A stretch of DNA of 64,000 nucleotides from an uncultured Alphaproteobacteria bacterium (lineage in GTDB: Bacteria; Pseudomonadota; Alphaproteobacteria; HIMB59; GCA-002718135): assembly GCA_902614085.1 (NCBI GenBank), contig CACMJS010000001.1:197397-261396 (forward strand), given 5' to 3'. This document shows positions 63,472 to 64,000 of the stretch, one piece after another. Under the pieces are notes generated by a model. It was not told the origin of the DNA. It did not search any database and was given only the letters and a program-made list of their open reading frames with translations. Position 1 is the first letter of the stretch. Each line of letters begins with the position of its first letter. A program made the position numbers and the translations under genes.

Positions 63472-64000
63472 ATGTTTAAAAAAGGTTGGTATAAAAATAA
63501 GTACATTAACTTTGTTAAGGACATCATTGCTCCTAGGTTTCTAATTGATTTAATTATGCCAAAAGACATATTTGGTTTTGTTAAATCTTTAAAAATAAAA
63601 GAAACAGAGGAACAAGTTTTTCGTTTCATCCTTGCTTGCTCAGTATTTAACGCAGTTTTAGTTGGAATGCCTGATGGTGTAGGTGCACTTTTATTAGTTG
63701 CTCAAGCAGTTGAGGTTGTAATGGCGTTTAGAATTGCCCAGCTTGTAGGGCTTATTGAAATAAGTGCAATATTTTCTATTACAAAATTAACTAAGATTAT
63801 AACTGGCTTAGCTCTTACTTCGGTTACAGTTCTATATCTCTTTAAGTTTGTTTTAAATTCAGTTTTTAAAACAGTTGCAAACTTAACCGCTGGTATTGCC
63901 TTTCCTGCTGTTGCATTTAGTACTTTTGCTACAACACTTTTTTATGGATTATTTTTATACTTAGTCTTTGATGAAATAAAAAATTTTAAAAGTATTAAAA
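63472..64000 (+). CDS. Hypothetical membrane protein (partial, runs off window end)
   Basis: Hand translation from ATG at 63472 is open to the end: MFKKGWYKNKYINFVKDIIAPRFLIDLIMPK...AVLVGMPDGVGALLLVAQAVEVVMAFRIAQLVG...; several hydrophobic segments. Confidence 0.7.
   Translation, partial: MFKKGWYKNKYINFVKDIIAPRFLIDLIMPKDIFGFVKSLKIKETEEQVFRFILACSVFNAVLVGMPDGVGALLLVAQAVEVVMAFRIAQLVGLIEISAIFSITKLTKIITGLALTSVTVLYLFKFVLNSVFKTVANLTAGIAFPAVAFSTFATTLFYGLFLYLVFDEIKNFKSIK

Larger units (their letters stand above)
59683..64000. mobile_element. Probable tRNA-Gly-integrated genomic island / integrative element (left part only)
   Basis: Core gene order ends at the tRNA; followed by a 380-bp gap with short repeats, unknown ORFs and a polymerase-like gene. 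No integrase or duplicated tRNA 3' end seen inside the window. Confidence 0.65.

Overview
AT-rich (roughly 30% GC by eye, not computed), densely packed chromosome segment of a streamlined marine-type alphaproteobacterium (SAR11/HIMB59-like by gene content and style; lineage is inference). It spans the origin-proximal core: a BMP-family nucleoside ABC transporter with upp, pyc, dapB-dnaJ-dnaK-grpE-hrcA, rph-rdgB, the his operon, hslVU, a PAP2/GT39 envelope-modification pair, smr-lysozyme-tim44-dnaQ-coaE-aroE-maf, a probable oriC (maf/rho intergenic), rho, mnmE-mnmG-rsmG-parA-parB with two parS-like palindromes, holA-lptE-leuS, a porin, lolA-ftsK, and a crtI-crtB-crtY-blh retinal pathway. A tRNA-Gly(GCC) is followed by a probable integrated element that runs off the window end. 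The most striking item is a 430-aa minimal family-A/T7-RNAP-like polymerase (TV-Pol-like) in that element. Other notable items are a T4-type lysozyme in the usual mltA slot, a double-PAP2 (possible LpxE-LpxF fusion) next to an ArnT/Rgt-like transferase, hem genes missing from their usual oriC-flanking position, and an apparently inverted GC skew around the predicted origin.
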